From NCBI GenBank assembly GCA_013239625.1, contig MU057151.1, forward strand, positions 2,820,498 through 2,884,497: a stretch of 64,000 bases of DNA. Reading direction: 5' to 3'. The notes beneath the pieces were generated by a model, which was not told the origin of the DNA, searched no databases, and saw nothing but the letters and a program-made list of their open reading frames with translations. The position numbers were made by a program, and so were the translations under genes. The DNA comes from Lama guanicoe (lineage: Eukaryota). Below are positions 49,983 through 64,000 of this stretch, one piece after another (position 1 is the stretch's first letter; the number at the start of each line of letters is the position of its first letter).

Positions 49983-51717
49983 GAAAAATAAAACCAACTG
50001 GAATCAATCCAGCTTGCTTTATTTCCTGGAATACAGGTAAAAACCCATTATAGTTAACATCAGGATAGCAGAGCCTTGATACAACAATGTTCTGTCTCAA
50101 AATGAACACACAGTAGTTTGTCTATTTGGTTACAAAAAAATTATTTACAGCAAATAATCAAGGAAAACAAATGTTTTCTTCAGTTCTCTTCCAGTAACAG
50201 TCACGCCTTATAGTGAAAAAATATTTATGTGCTTCTGGCAAAGCTGGTAATTCACTGTGAACATTTTCCCCTAGTTTTATTCAGTGCAACTTCCTCAACC
50301 CTTACCTCCTTAATATTATACACAAGCAAACATAACTATCTAGTATGGATGTCAAGTCCATTCATTGTCTATGCCATGGGTTTAATCTTCATAATCAAGC
50401 TGTTTTGCAACTGCTATTATCTATTTTAACTTGTTAGATTTATACCAGTTAGGTTGTATGGTTAGTCTGCTAAATAGCATTTAGTTACACTGTGAATATA
50501 AAGTCTACACAATAGAAGATGTATTAAAAAACAATACATTTCTGTTCTTCCTTGTGTGTTTATGGCAGTACTGGTTCCAATGATTTAAGTTTTAATGAAG
50601 TATTTAATGTAATTAAAATTTCATAAAATATTTCTAGTGCTTAACAGTAATAAAAAAGCCAGTGGTAAAAATGGACAATTTTCATCATAAATCAATGGCC
50701 TATAAAGTTAAGACCTGATGAAAAAGGGTATTTTTAGGGCACAAGATTTATGTAACTTCTCAGAATTGTACTTATGAACATAAGCATATAATACATATAA
50801 ACTACTTTAGGTTCTTTGTGAATAGAGCTTTAAAATGCTTTCTTTTATCTGTAACAGTATATATTTCTTTTGTAGACATTATGAGGTCTTAAAATGCCCT
50901 TATGAAGGATTATTCTTATTCTCATTTTTCAGTATTTGGTGGAACCAAAACTCAATAACCTGCTTACAATTTCACAAGGAGTTCAGCTACTCTGTTTTCT
51001 TCCTTTCAATACTATAATGCTTAATGTTTTTGAAACTGCAGTACTCCATTATTAGTTGACTGAGTTTATGACACATTCTTTTTCTTTCCTACAAATGTGG
51101 TATGTGTGGGTATTTTTAAAAGTTTGTGACACCTTTTGAAGAGAGGCAGATTAAAAAATTCACGGCTCAACTTCTTTGCCTTAAGAAAAAATTTAAACAA
51201 AAATTTACTCAACATTTTTATATAAAACAATATTCTATGTAGGTAGGTAATAGCAGAGTAAGGAAGGGAAGGGAAGGAAGATACAATGAAGACATGAGGT
51301 CTCTGCTATCAAAGGAGCTTACTGTCCAATGTGAAATGTACACAAATAATAGAAAATATTCAATGACTGAGTATTAAGGGGTGATGAAAGTTACAGGTGA
51401 GGGTCAAGGGTGGGAGGACATACCATGTCTGAGACAGCTTCAAAGTTTCAAATACTAACACTGACGCCATGCTGTAGAGTTTAAGTTACACTCCATTACC
51501 CTACATACGGATGCCCACTTACATGCCAAGAGATATACGGGGCTAAATACCGTTACCCAGGTTGTGTTCTGCTTTCCAAACCATGCGTCTATGGTGCTGC
51601 ATCCACCCAGAGAGGGCACTTTTTTCTAATTCACACAAAGGCCACGTATGTGCTAGCAGCAGCCCTGAATACATGGATGTTTACTGTCTCCTGTCTTTCC
51701 CTCTGCCAGCAATCCTA

Positions 51718-52378
51718 TAATCTAAATGTTCATTGATAAAAGACAAGTTAAATAAACTATGGTACATCCATACAACAGGATATCCTGCCGGCATTAAAAA
51801 AAAAAAAAACAGGCACTGGAGTCTAGTTAATTTTATTGTGGCGATCGATTTCTTGGTACTGATAATACTCTATAGTTATGGAAGATATCATGTATGGGGG
51901 AAGCAGGGTGATGGGTACCTGGAATCACTCTCTACTATTTTTCTAACATCTTGTGAGTCTATAATTATTTCAAAATAAAAAATAGAAGAACTAGGCATTT
52001 CTAGGTGTGCTGATATAGAAGTATCTCCAAGATTAACTGCAAAAAAAGGTGCAGAAAAGTATGTATAGTATGCTACTCTTTGTGCAAACTGATATAGAAG
52101 TATCTCCAAGATTAACTGCAAAAAAAGGTGTAGAAAAGTATGTATAGTATGCTACTCTTTGTGCAAAACAAAAGGGTGTGAATATGCACATAATGCTAGT
52201 ATATGCATAGACAAACTCTGTAAAAATACACAAGAAACTGGTGGCAGCGGAGGTTGCCTCTGGGGAGGGGAACTGGGTAGCTGGGAGACAGGGGTGGAAG
52301 GGAGACCTACATCTCACTGTCCTCTTATGATGTTTGAATTTCGTACCATGTACACATACTAACTCTTCAAAAACAAAA
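51718..52378 (+). mobile_element. L1ME-like 3' end with a nested L1MC-like 3' end (~51815-51982)
   Basis: 'ttaaataaactatggtacatccataca' ... 'gttgcctctgggga...gggagacaggggtggaagggagac'; nested piece ends 'cttgtgagtctataattatttcaaaataaaa'. Confidence 0.78.
52010..52167. repeat. 79-bp tandem duplication (78/79 identical)
   Basis: 52010-52088 vs 52089-52167; single C/T difference at 52052/52131. Confidence 0.95.
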
Positions 52379-54864
52379 GTACATTATAGGGGTACAGTCT
52401 TCCTGCCAGAAGGTTTTAAAGTATCCCTTCCATCTGCTGCATTCCCCTTCACCTAGTTTAGAAGGCCCAGAGATTATGGGATGGGATTTAGGGATATGTG
52501 CTTCCATCGACCCAGTATTCTGGGTCCTCCTGCTAGACTGTGAGCTAGCTCCTTAAGGGCAAGGGACCACAGCACTAGCTGTACCTGGCACAAAGTCTGG
52601 CATATTTTGGGACAGCTTTCTTGAATTAATCTGACCTTTTATCCTGGCCTTTCCTTTTGACCAACTCTTAAAACCCTAGACCTAGAAGGATTCTTTACCA
52701 CTCATTCTGCCCCAGGAATGATGTCTGAAAAATTAACTTCTCATTAGCATAAGTCATTCCCAGGCCAACAAGTGCCTGTCCCTAGGCACCAGTGCTCAAA
52801 AAGATGCAGGCTTATTTTACCAAAGGCAAGATTTTTCATGGAAATATGGATGATTTATAAATTTCATTTTTATTTTAATATCTGTATGTCTATGAACCAG
52901 ACAACTCTTCAGTCATCTCAGCTAAAATCTCTCATCCCAGCTCATCACCCCCTAACTTCTATAGGTTTTATCTGTCCGTCTATAAGGCAATACTTATTTG
53001 TATGACAGTTATCTTGTGCGTAACTTAGCTCTCTTACTAGAGTATAAACTTCTTAAGGGCAGGGAAGCCTCATATATCTCATTAGATGGTACACACAGTA
53101 ACTAATACCTAGGTCAATCATCTTTGAAGACAGTTCATTTAATTAACATTTCATAATTTAAAAATTAAATAACTTTTAAAATACCATTTAATGTACAACT
53201 GAACTAATTTGCTTCAAATAGTGCAGTGGGTTTGCAAATAAAAAGACTTTCACAAGTATACCAGAGAAAGAAATTATGCTATCATAACTAAACAAGCCTC
53301 ACCCCTTGAGGATGTTGCTTGCTCTGACTTTATGGAGGTGAAACCAGCACCTTCATCCACATACTGAAATTGTATCCTTTCCCTCTTCCTGAAACCATGT
53401 AGAGCTTGCCTCTAAGGTGAAACATTACTACAAAATTGCTAAGCTACTCTCTCTTGAAACTTGGTAAACAATTGCTAAATAAGGAGACTAAGATCCCTAG
53501 AGGGAGACAGCAGAAGATGGCAGTCCCTTAGGAGAGCACCCATTCAATAGCTTCCTACTTACAAGGAATCCTGCTTTCTCTGCTGGACATCCCTGATCCT
53601 GACAGCCAGCCCCCAGAAGCAGTGCAGTCCTTGTTTCGTGCTACTTGCAGCCAGTTCAAGATCCATTCAAAACTGCTCAGAGCCTTTAATCATTTTGTCT
53701 GCCACATTACTTCTTCCTCAAATAAACAGAACTGAAAGCAAGTCAAAATTAGAGCTGATTTTCTCCCCGGAACAAATCACCAATATTATAACAGAATTTA
53801 GTATCTGGAACTTTGTTACTCTATTCTACAGTTCACTTAGGTGAGTTAGGTTATGTAAGTTCCAAAAGGTTAAGTGATACTAAAACTTTATTATAATTCT
53901 TATTACCTTTACTTTTAAAGCAAGCATTAAAATAAAAGGCAATTTTTTCCATCATACTACAACCCTTCATACCTGTCCTTAATAGGGCCTTGAGGGCAGG
54001 AACCACATTTAACCTGTCTTTCAATCTCCACAGTGCCTTGGACATAGTACATTCTTAAGAAATATTTCTTTGAATTAACTTTTTCAAGGAGGCATTTAAT
54101 TTGCACATTGACAGAGAATTCACTTCTAAAATTCAGAAATTTCTATTAAAATAACTCAATTTAAAAAATTCATTGTACCATACTCATTTCAGAAAAGAAA
54201 TCATTTTTCTGCAGTCTATTAAGAGACTTCACCTGAGCTAAAAACAACTTTCTGGGCAACAGATAAACACATTTTGTGATGGATACTGCGTGTCAGACTA
54301 AAGGTCGCTTGGAATTAGTTCTGGAAGAAAGGCAAGCAAGCTCAGAGAGAGATTTTTAATTGTCTTCAGTTCCTTGAGGGGTGTCATAAAATTCTTAAAC
54401 ATATTAATTTTAATATCAAAAAATAAATATATGCCATTAAGCACTTTTAGGAGAGAGGAGGGATATGTTATAAAACCAATGGTTGAATATTGCAACTCTC
54501 ACAATGTTAGAAATCATACTGAGAAGAAACAGACAAGGCTTGCAACTCTCTTTGGTATAGTTTTCTCATCTTAGACACTGCAATAAGAACAAACTCCTCA
54601 TTCACAAGAATGTTCTGAGAATTGATTATTATTAAGTTTTCTGTTTAATATTTTATTAAGGTTTATCTAGAAAGAACCCAAAATACTCTGTGCAGGCAAT
54701 ATATTTGTACTTGTTTATAGCATATAAAAGAAATTGTCAAATAAAACTTAACTTTGAAAATAATCTATAATCTCACTCCTAGAATCTAACCAGCATGCCA
54801 AAGCACAGAGATTTCTAAAACTAACTGCCAATTCTTTTCTCTAGTTTGAGTCAGTTTCTTAATG

Positions 54865-57070
54865 CTGCCCTGGGAATTATAATTAACATCTTAACTTAAA
54901 AAAAATCTAGTTCAGGTTAATACCAACCAATGTTAATAGTATACACAATCTCTGTCCCCTCTCCCCTCCTTTAAGCTATTATTGTCATTCAAAATACCTC
55001 TTTATATGTGATAAGCCCATCAACACTTTTATAATTATTGTTTTATGTAGTTCTCTTTTAAATCAAATAGGAAAAGAAAAGAGTTACAAAGATACCTTTA
55101 CACTGTCTTTCACATTTATCAATGTAGTTACCTTTACCAGTGCTCTTAATTTCTTCATGTGCATACAAGTTACTATCTAGTGTCCATTCATTTCAGCCTG
55201 AAGGACTCCCGTTAGTATTTCTTGTAGAGCAGATCTGTAGCAATAAATTCTCTGTTTTTGTTTATCTGGTAAGGTCCTAATTTCTCCTTCATTTATGAGG
55301 ATCAGTTTTGCTAGATATAGGATTCTTGGTTGACAATCCATTTCTTTCAGCATTTTGAATATTTCATCCCACTGCCCTTGTGGCCACCATGGTTTCTGAT
55401 GATAAATCAGCTATTCATCTTATTGGGGCTCCCTTGTCTGTGATGAGTGTCTTATCTATTGCTGCTTCTAAGATTCTCTTTGTTTTTGTCTTTCAACAAA
55501 TATTATAGGTGTGGATCTTTCTGAGTTTATCCTACTTTAAGTTCATCTTTGAGTTTGTCAAGCTTCTTGAATGTTGTAACACTTTTATCAAATTTGGGAA
55601 GTCTTCAGCCATTATTCCTTCAAATACTCTTCCTATGCCTCCATTTCTCATTCTGGGACTCCTATTAAGTGTACGTTGGTATATTTGATGATGTCCCACA
55701 GGTCTTTTACGATCTGCTCATTTTCTTCACTCTTTTTTCTTTTTGTTCCTCAGATAGTATAATCTCAATTAATCTATCTTCAAATTGCTGATTCTTAATT
55801 CTGCTGGCTCATATCTGCTCTTGAACTACTGCAGTAAATTTTTTTATTTCAGTGATTAAAATTTTCAACTCTAGAATTTCCATTTGGTTCTTCTAAAAAT
55901 CATTTCTAGCTCTTTATTGATACTCAGTATTTGGCAAGGCGTTTACAACTTTCCTTTAATTGTATAGACATGACATCCTTTGAATGTATTTGTAATAGTT
56001 CATTTAAAGTTTTGTCTATAAGCACATTCTCAGAGACAGTTTCTAGCAAGTGCTTATTTCCCTATGTATGTGCCATACTTTACTGTTTCTTTTAATTCTT
56101 TGTTGAAAATTGGACATTTTAAATAATACAACATAGCACATTTGGAAATCAGATCCCTCTCCAAGGTCTGTTGTTGCTATTTGTTTGTTTGGTGATGTTC
56201 CTGGACTAATTCTGTGAAGTCTGGATCCTCTGTCATATGTAGCCACTTGAAGTCTCTGTTCAGTTACCTTAAGAGTCAGCTAACGATTAGACAGAGATTT
56301 TTCTAAAATGTCTTGAACCAATAGATCTTTTACTCTTTGCCAAGGGACCCTAAGTGTGTGTTGGGACATGCTGTCAATGCTCGAACAGTTTAAAATTCTG
56401 CCTTAGCCTTCATTTTCTGCTTCTGTGGATTCTCAAGGTCAGCCAGAGGTGAGCCAATAGGGCCTCCTCAGGTATGCACCTAGCCTTGCATATGTGTATG
56501 GCCTACTAGATACTCAGAAATATATATTAAGGAAGTTTTTTAACGCTCCCTATCTCATCCCCAGATCCTTCTTTTGAGTTTTTTGACCAGCTTGCTCTTT
56601 GCTCCTCCTGCTATCACTACTTCAGGCAAATACAATGTTAAACAATTGCCCCAATTGTTTTCAACAAATGCCCTAAGGAGAAGACTTTTTCATTGAGCAA
56701 CAATGAGTTGGGTCAAATAAAGACAAGCCTTGTGAACTAGGGCCCTTCCAGGGAACTGCCAGATAGGTCAAATAGTGACCATTCTATGGGGATAGAGGTA
56801 TTTGAGGAGCTTGACCCCTCTAGTGGTTGCTGGTTTCCTTGAAAAGGGAGATACGATAAGGGAAAGGTAAAACACAACAAAGGTCATTATTCTTACTGAA
56901 AATCAGCTGTTTTTAATGAATAAATAAATGCTCCTCAGGTTGTTGGAAACCTTTGGTTAATTTCCAGAATTTATAAAAAGTTGGTTTTGAAAAGTTTTGC
57001 CAGTGTTCATGTTGCTTTTATAGAGGAGTAGATTTTCTGAGGTCCTTAATCCAATATTCCAGAAATCCCT
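54865..57070 (-). mobile_element. Ancient L1 5' fragment (L1MC/L1MD-like 5' UTR and ORF1 region)
   Basis: 'tttcagcctgaaggactcccgttagtatttcttgtag...tttctccttcattt...ggtttctgatgataaatcagct' parallels the ORF1 region at 36440-37100. Confidence 0.85.
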
Positions 57071-60000
57071 TTGAGTTTGAAAATCATTCTGGAATTGGTG
57101 TCTTCCAAAAAGACTGTAACCTTTAGCTCTTAAAACTGCCCAGCAAAAATGTGGGATCCCTGCTGATACTTACACATAAATTTCTAGGTTAAAGTATTCA
57201 TAAACATCTATAAAATTAGAAGAGAGAAAATATGATCAGCCTAGATTTACATTCCATTTTACCTTTGACATCTACAAGAAAATAAATGTTTTTTGATAAC
57301 AGACATGAAAAAAACATTTATTGTTATCAACGTTTGGCTGCATTTCAAGTATTTTTAAAATATTGCTCCTTTTTTAAAGATTCACTTATTTTAATTTTAC
57401 AGAAAAGAGTATGAGAGACTATGACTTATCCAAGTCATGCTGGAACTGACGCCATAGCATCTAGTTCAATGCCTAGAGTCAGAACAGATGAAAGGTTACT
57501 AAGAAAAGGTCTCAATATATTTCTTAGATGAAATGAGGAAGATAGTGATTATAAGCTTCAAGTCTTGACTAAAGAATCATGAACACTTTAAAAACTCATT
57601 TTAATAGAATATGTACTATTTTATCTCACACAACTGATTATTCATTATAATGTTGCCAAGCCAAACCACAAGTTATGAAAGAGTTTGACAACAATGGTAA
57701 CATTATCCTAATGCTAAATTAGGAGATGCCAAACATAAGTGGATCCTCATTTGGCCAGTTCTGGGGGTCCTGAATGAGTTTAGTTGCAGGTATGATATAA
57801 AAACCTGCTTATACCCTTGTGTGCATACATTGGGATGGGGGGTGGCGGAGAATGAGAACAAATACATAATGCTTTCCATATTAACTGCCCTGCCTCTCTT
57901 CAAGTAGCATCTAGAATTATACATGAGACTCTGGGTGTGGGGGTTAGGCTGCAGGGCAAAGAGTCATGCCGCTTGAAGAAAAACGCTGAGTATCACTGAC
58001 TTAATGTTCAAAACACAATAAGAGTGATTACAAAGTCATTAAGATCTTTTCTGAGAAAAACTATTGAAATTGACCAAATCCTTAACAGAGGAAATCACTC
58101 ATAAAAATCAACAATGATAGTAGTCTCAGTGATATTTATGCTATCTCATTCATTCAGAGTTTCAATGTTCCAGTCTATACATGTTTTAAAAAACCAGCAT
58201 GAACATACAATAAAGGTATATAACATAGTAAGTTTTCACTACTATGTACCTTTGGAATTCACAGACTTAAAATCTGCAACTTTGGGAATTTATGAGCAAC
58301 AATTAGTCTTTAAGTAAATAATCTTTCATTTTACTGAGACATTAGTTTGAAGAATTTGAATCTTGTCTACTTTAAGGCTAATATGTGTGAATGAGTTGCC
58401 AAGTTAGTAAGTCTATCCTAGCATCCAACTATGCATTGGATGTTTTCTTTGCATTGTAAACTACATAAAAACTAAGGCAGTGATAAAAAATTGTTTTTGA
58501 AAAAAACAGCCCCCCAAATAAAGCAAATTTCTACTGCTGATGATTAATATAAGGAAATGGTTTCTGAGTCGTAAAGCAGTGTTGGTTCTTAGCCAGAAGA
58601 TATTAATTTTGGATAAATTAAAGACTAATGTGTTGAATTCAGCTTTGACTCAGATCTATGACATAAACAAGTCTGCCATAAGACATTTTATGAGGGAAAG
58701 TACATGCTAAAATATTATTTGTGCTTTCAGGATAACTTATAATCCCTTAGGTCAGGCTTCTTCAAATCTGCTTCTCTTCATCTAAATTATATTAATGTGA
58801 GAACAGACACATCGAGAGTTTTCATAAAAACAAATAAAGTATCCGTTTTGTTCATCAAATGTAGAATACTCAGTGTGGTTGCCGACCACCCCCCCAAATT
58901 CCATTCTTCGGCAATAGATTAAAAACTCCTGACTGTAGAAATATTAGGAAAGAAAGAAGCATTTGTCTAAACGTCTGGGAACCTATAGTTTAAAACAAAA
59001 TAGTAGAAAAAAAATAGTACCAAATAACCTTCCAAGCACTCCAATCTTCTGAGAACGGAATCACAGAGTAAAAGATACACGGGTGAGTAAAGCCCATGCC
59101 ACACCTCCTTGAGAACCATCAACACACGTTCTTACCCTCCTGCCTACAGCTACATGTAGCCAGGTCAGTCTCCAAATAACACACAACATCAGCGAAATCC
59201 ACAAAGGCCTGATGGTGTCAGTTATACACACAGAGAAAAAGATACCCACTTCCAGGTAAGGCACAGGAAGGAGCACAATGGAATGATCACCTCATGCAGT
59301 CTCTGCTTTAAAACTCCTAGAAAACCTTCCAGAAATCTTTGAGATCTAGCACTGCTCTGAATTCAACATCAGTCAGTTAAAAAGTGTGTATATACTCCTT
59401 TAGATATTTAAAAGTCCACTGTTTGAAAAATCTTCTAAGTCATAAATTCATAACTTCTCTGTCCCCATTGCTCCACCACCTCCCCAAGTTAGAAAACTAG
59501 CAGGACCAGTAAATAGCTTTCTAGATAATGCAAAGTGGTTAAACACTGCTAGAAGTGAAGTGGTAAAAAGTCTATGATGCAGTTGCTACCAAGCCTTCAG
59601 ACAGTTGAGTCTACTGCTTTCAAAAATGATGAAGGTCCACAGAAAAATTATGCTGAGGAAGAGGAAAAGAAGGACCTTCCTGGATTTGTGCTTCAATTTT
59701 GGGGTGGGACAGATTGGGAGTCAAAAGTATTCAAATACATATAACAACAATTCAGAGAACAGGAAAGCACCAGTGACCCTGCTGGGCTGGTGCAAGTTAT
59801 TTAAGTTAACAAAGGGTTAATGAATGGTTATTATGGGATGACAATTAATTATAACTCTTCATGAAAGTGAAAGAAAGCTTCAAGACTAAAACATTCCTCT
59901 TCTGCAAAAACTGACCTGAATTTCTCTAGATCGAAGTGAAATAAACACAGCAGAGGTTCTTTCTAAGAGCAGCCCATTGGAGGCAGGAACCAGGACCCTT

Positions 60001-61569
60001 TGGACCCACACCCATCGTTTCACTTTAAAATGGGATTTGCTTGTACTCTTGCCACAGCCAAAACGGAAAACCAGTGACTTTTTTCCTTGATTGTGCTCTA
60101 CGCTATGGAGGCCACTGCCTATTTAACATGCCTATTGTTTGAAATTTGTGAAAAATGAAATTGGCATCTAAGTGGTTCAACCCTGTATAAACAAAATTCT
60201 CTCTCCTTTGCCTGACGAGGGCATTCACCTTTGTTAATAAAGATTTTAAGCATATTGAGAGTGATCAGGGACCTTGTGTGTTCTGTCCTAAGAACTACTG
60301 GATTCCATCTGGCCTCCTACCCTATCATGCGGCAGGGTCTATGATCACCTACATAGGTCAAAATCCATCTCTTCTTCAAAAATGTTGATTCGAAAATATT
60401 TCATTATCCCTATTTTCTTTTAACATTCAGTATTTATTCACCTTACTGTAGGAATATATAATTCAAATTACAGATGATTCATAATTCAAGGCTATGCCAC
60501 CAGGAAGAGCTCATTTACTTATAAACATAAACAGACTACATAGAGAACACTGTTAATGAGCACTGTGCTAGCGTTGTTTTTTACTTCCTGAGTACGCTGG
60601 CATGACTGTCGTGCTTATGTGGCTAAAACCTGTCAGAGATCAGTCTCATAGTTGCGAAATAATTTCCTTATATTCTGAAACCAACATATTTCAGAGAATA
60701 AAATAAGTGAGTTAATACAATAAAATAAAATTTCACAGTGGTCACTGAAGAAGAATTTTGGGGTTCTAAACTTATGTCTTAACATAATTAAAGACAAATC
60801 ATCAACAAAAGACTGAGACTGAGAATTTTACTCTTTTTTTTCTTCAAGGGACAATTGTTCAATATAAAATTAAAATATGCCATTCTACTGTGACTCAGGA
60901 AGCTATTTTAGAATTTTGTTTCTAAATAATACTATAAAACCTTTAAAGATTTTGTTTACATAGTTTGCATCTTAAGAGTTGTAGCACTCTAGAATAGGGC
61001 ATGTTAAGAACCATAAGGAATACACTTATTAGACTAATAAAAGCTAACTTAATAAATAACATCATTCAATAATTAGTACACAATTCTCCTATAATTATTA
61101 TAATTCCAAGTACCTACTTTATGTGGGTTACATTTGCAATATCCATTTAAAATTTCTTCATTAATTTAGGGAGAAAAAAGTGGTTTAAAGCCACTTAATT
61201 CTATAATAATTAGTGTAGTTTATTTTTTCAATTACATAAGCTTTCTAGCTATTCAATTTTCCCAACTTAATGTTTGAGATACTGAAGTTTAGAAGAAAAA
61301 AAGAACACCAAACCATGGAAGGCACTCAGGCAAAGGGTGACATAACCAGTGTTAATCTGACTTATACTGAATGTCTACGGATGAATGAAAGCACTTTGTC
61401 TACACAGTAGACTCCTACTTGTGTTATTTCCCAGGCTCTTCTCCAGGCTTCATGACATTTATGACATTAAAGAAGCTGCTGGGGCATAGTTAACTGGACA
61501 AAAGGGAAACTTTACCAAGAAAGAGGCAATTCACAAGCCATTAATAGTTTAAAACTGTCAACTGGCAGG

Positions 61570-62045
61570 CCTTCATTTCCTAATGTCTGAATTACAGCAA
61601 TAGTCTCCTGATGGGTCCCCTTTCTTCCTATGATCTCCCCCACTTCAATCTACCTTTGTGGTATCCATTGACTACTGTATAATGCACATTCTGACCTCTG
61701 TATCTTCAAGTTGTTCCCCCATTTAGAATGCTTGATCTATCTATGAAAAAGGACTACCCAGTCTGAATCCTACATTGTCCATGAAGCCCTCCCATATAAC
61801 TCCAGCCCACATTAGTCTTTGTTTAAACTCCTACAGACCTCATTGCTCCATCACTCGCTCAGCCATTAAATCATATGTGACCTCATTATTTGTTTCCTGA
61901 ATCTTGTCTCCTCAATATGACTGCAAGCTTTTTAAAGGTAGGAAGTATGGCTTATGTGCATATTGTAGGCCTCTCACCTACACCCAAAAAAGAGCATACC
62001 ACAGTGTTCCACCCACAAAAGTTATATTACTTGTTGAACTGAAAT
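61570..62045 (+). mobile_element. Degraded L2 fragment
   Basis: 'attacagcaatagtctcctgatgggtc...tccatgaagccctccc...cttgtctcctcaatatgactgcaagctttttaaaggtagga'. Confidence 0.55.
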
Positions 62046-63164
62046 ATTAAAATTAACCATAATATGAAGAGCAGTACTAGCTTAGAATAAGAGCTAGGTT
62101 TTGATGTAAAACACATTGTCTTAAGATAATGCTGACAAATATATCTTGAAGCTTGAACGGATATTCATTTTATAATGTCTATAAGCAAAGGGATAATTGT
62201 GGTGGAAATTCTATTTTCTCCTTTAGAACTGTGGCATCTCTAAATGGAAGAAGTTAGAAACTGCTTCAAAGTCCAAATGAATACATCACAATTCAGTGAT
62301 AATATTTTTAAAATGTCTGCACCTCTGTTAATGATAAAGAACCTCATACTGGTTGTGTAGACAACAGGGCAAATAAACCACTTTCAAGACCCATGACTTG
62401 ACCCTGTCTATTACTTCACAGATGCCACTACCACATTTAGATGTCAGTTTCCATTAGAAACAAGCATGTACACGATAAGAAGCAATTCTAGGAAGTGGTT
62501 AACTAGTTTATATATACACATATGTACTGAAAGGCCTTACTTATAATATCCCATAAGGCAAGGTGTCCTCCAATTTTCCATCTCCCTAGAAAGCACACTT
62601 TCTCAGAAGTATCAGGTTTAAGTGTCAAAACTAATGTTCTCCTTTAATGCCTTGGTCCCTCCTTCCATCTTTAAAAGCGAGTGAACAAAGGCAAAGTTCC
62701 TACCTGTCAAAGACGTTTCCTTATATATTATTAGCAAATTCATTAGAAAGCCCTGAAGAACATAGGATGAGAATCAAAATCTAAAAGGAAAGCTAGAAAA
62801 TCAAGTTCTGTTCAAATACAGGTAGTCAGTATTAAGGATACTAATAAAGCAAATGATAAATGCCAGGTCAAATAGTAACTGAAATGCTACTAGTTCAAAA
62901 ACATTTTTTTAAAAATGGTTATTTCTGCCTCTCATGCTGTTAATCTGGTTTATTCATAATTTTCGATAAGTTTGGAAAAATAAATAATATCTCAAACCCT
63001 AATTTAGACTCTCCTGTAAATGGGCTTTGTGCATCACTAATGTGGGCTGGTAAGATTAATTTTTAAAAGATTGCCAACATTCCTATGAAAACATAGCTGC
63101 TTTAGGTAGAGCCACTATTACGTACCTTTTAAAAATAAGCTAAACATGAGCTTATAGTTAACAA

Positions 63165-63240
63165 TAATGTACTCTTAAAAATGTGTTAACAGGGTCTATC
63201 TCATGTTATGTGTTTTTTACCGCAATAAAAATAAATAAAC
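63165..63240 (+). mobile_element. Short L1MB-like 3' terminus
   Basis: 'tgtactcttaaaaatgtgttaacaggg...ctcatgttatgtgttttttaccgcaataaaa'. Confidence 0.7.
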
Positions 63241-64000
63241 TTGCTAAAATCAGTATGCATCTATACGACTGAAGAGAAACTCATTAACCAAAAATAGCAG
63301 ATGGTCCAGTTATCTCTGAGAATGTAATTTGCAAATTAAATGGACCATAGTGGGTCCTATTAGGAGATGCTGAAGACAAGGTATGGAAGAGACAAGTACG
63401 CTCAGTAGGATACCTTCCTAGGACTGTGTTGTGCAATCAGAAATTATAGCTGGGTCTATCCTTTAATAGCATCTGTTCCATAATCTTTGTTATGGAGAAT
63501 AACTGTGAGCAGGCTATATAAAAGAAACTTCGTACAGCTAAGTAGAGGCTAATACCTAAGTGCACAGGCCTAAAGATAAGATACATCTGAATACTTAAGG
63601 ATTTATAACCATGTTCAAAGACAAGTCAAAGATAAGAAAAGGATAATGACCAGGGAGTGGCTACATCTATCCATTTGGGGTATACTTAAGCTACTTGTCC
63701 CATAGCTCCCAAACTTACCCTAGAGGCCTCCTTCTGAGGACACGATATGAATGGCTTTCAACGTGGTCTCTAGGAAGCATTCAGGGGACGCATATACAAG
63801 TCCTTTTATGTTATTAAACTTCAGGCTGTGCATCTCTTTCCAAAAGGAATAATTTCTTTGTAACAAGAGTGCCATGGCCATTGGTTCAAAAGGAGGGACA
63901 CCAAGGTTTGCATCCTGTAAAACACGTCTTGCAGCATCCCTACTCCAGACCATGCAGTCTCTTTAATCTGCCCTGAACCCAGGCTTCACCTCACCTGACT

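Noticed and set aside
63720-63953. 77-aa minus-strand ORF ending near a GTAAGT donor
   Set aside because: The stop precedes the donor in that frame, and no protein is recognisable in other frames.
1-64000. CRISPR arrays, operons or other prokaryotic/viral systems
   Set aside because: No regularly spaced repeat-spacer arrays and no gene-dense coding sequence; all recognisable content is mammalian.

Overview
Mammalian nuclear DNA, almost certainly a camelid: it carries five copies of a tRNA-Ala(AGC)-derived SINE matching my recollection of Vic-1. It is AT-rich and CpG-poor, with no credible visible CDS; every long ORF in the track is explained by N-runs, microsatellites or decayed L1/L2. Most recognisable sequence is interspersed repeat: Vic-1-like SINEs with target-site duplications (TSDs), MIR, a MamSINE1-like copy, L1 fragments of several ages (including ~4.9 kb and ~2.2 kb minus-strand pieces), L2, L3/CR1, an MLT1 LTR and hAT MITEs. 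The most informative observation concerns the nine N-runs. They appear to be length-preserving masks rather than scaffold gaps, and three abut minus-strand 3' splice-site sequence. The window is therefore probably the interior of a long minus-strand gene whose exons are hidden, and I cannot name that gene. I found no support for a novel biological system; the findings are mainly retrotransposition footprints, local duplications and candidate splicing or structure elements. Repeat family names come from remembered consensus sequences, not a database search.
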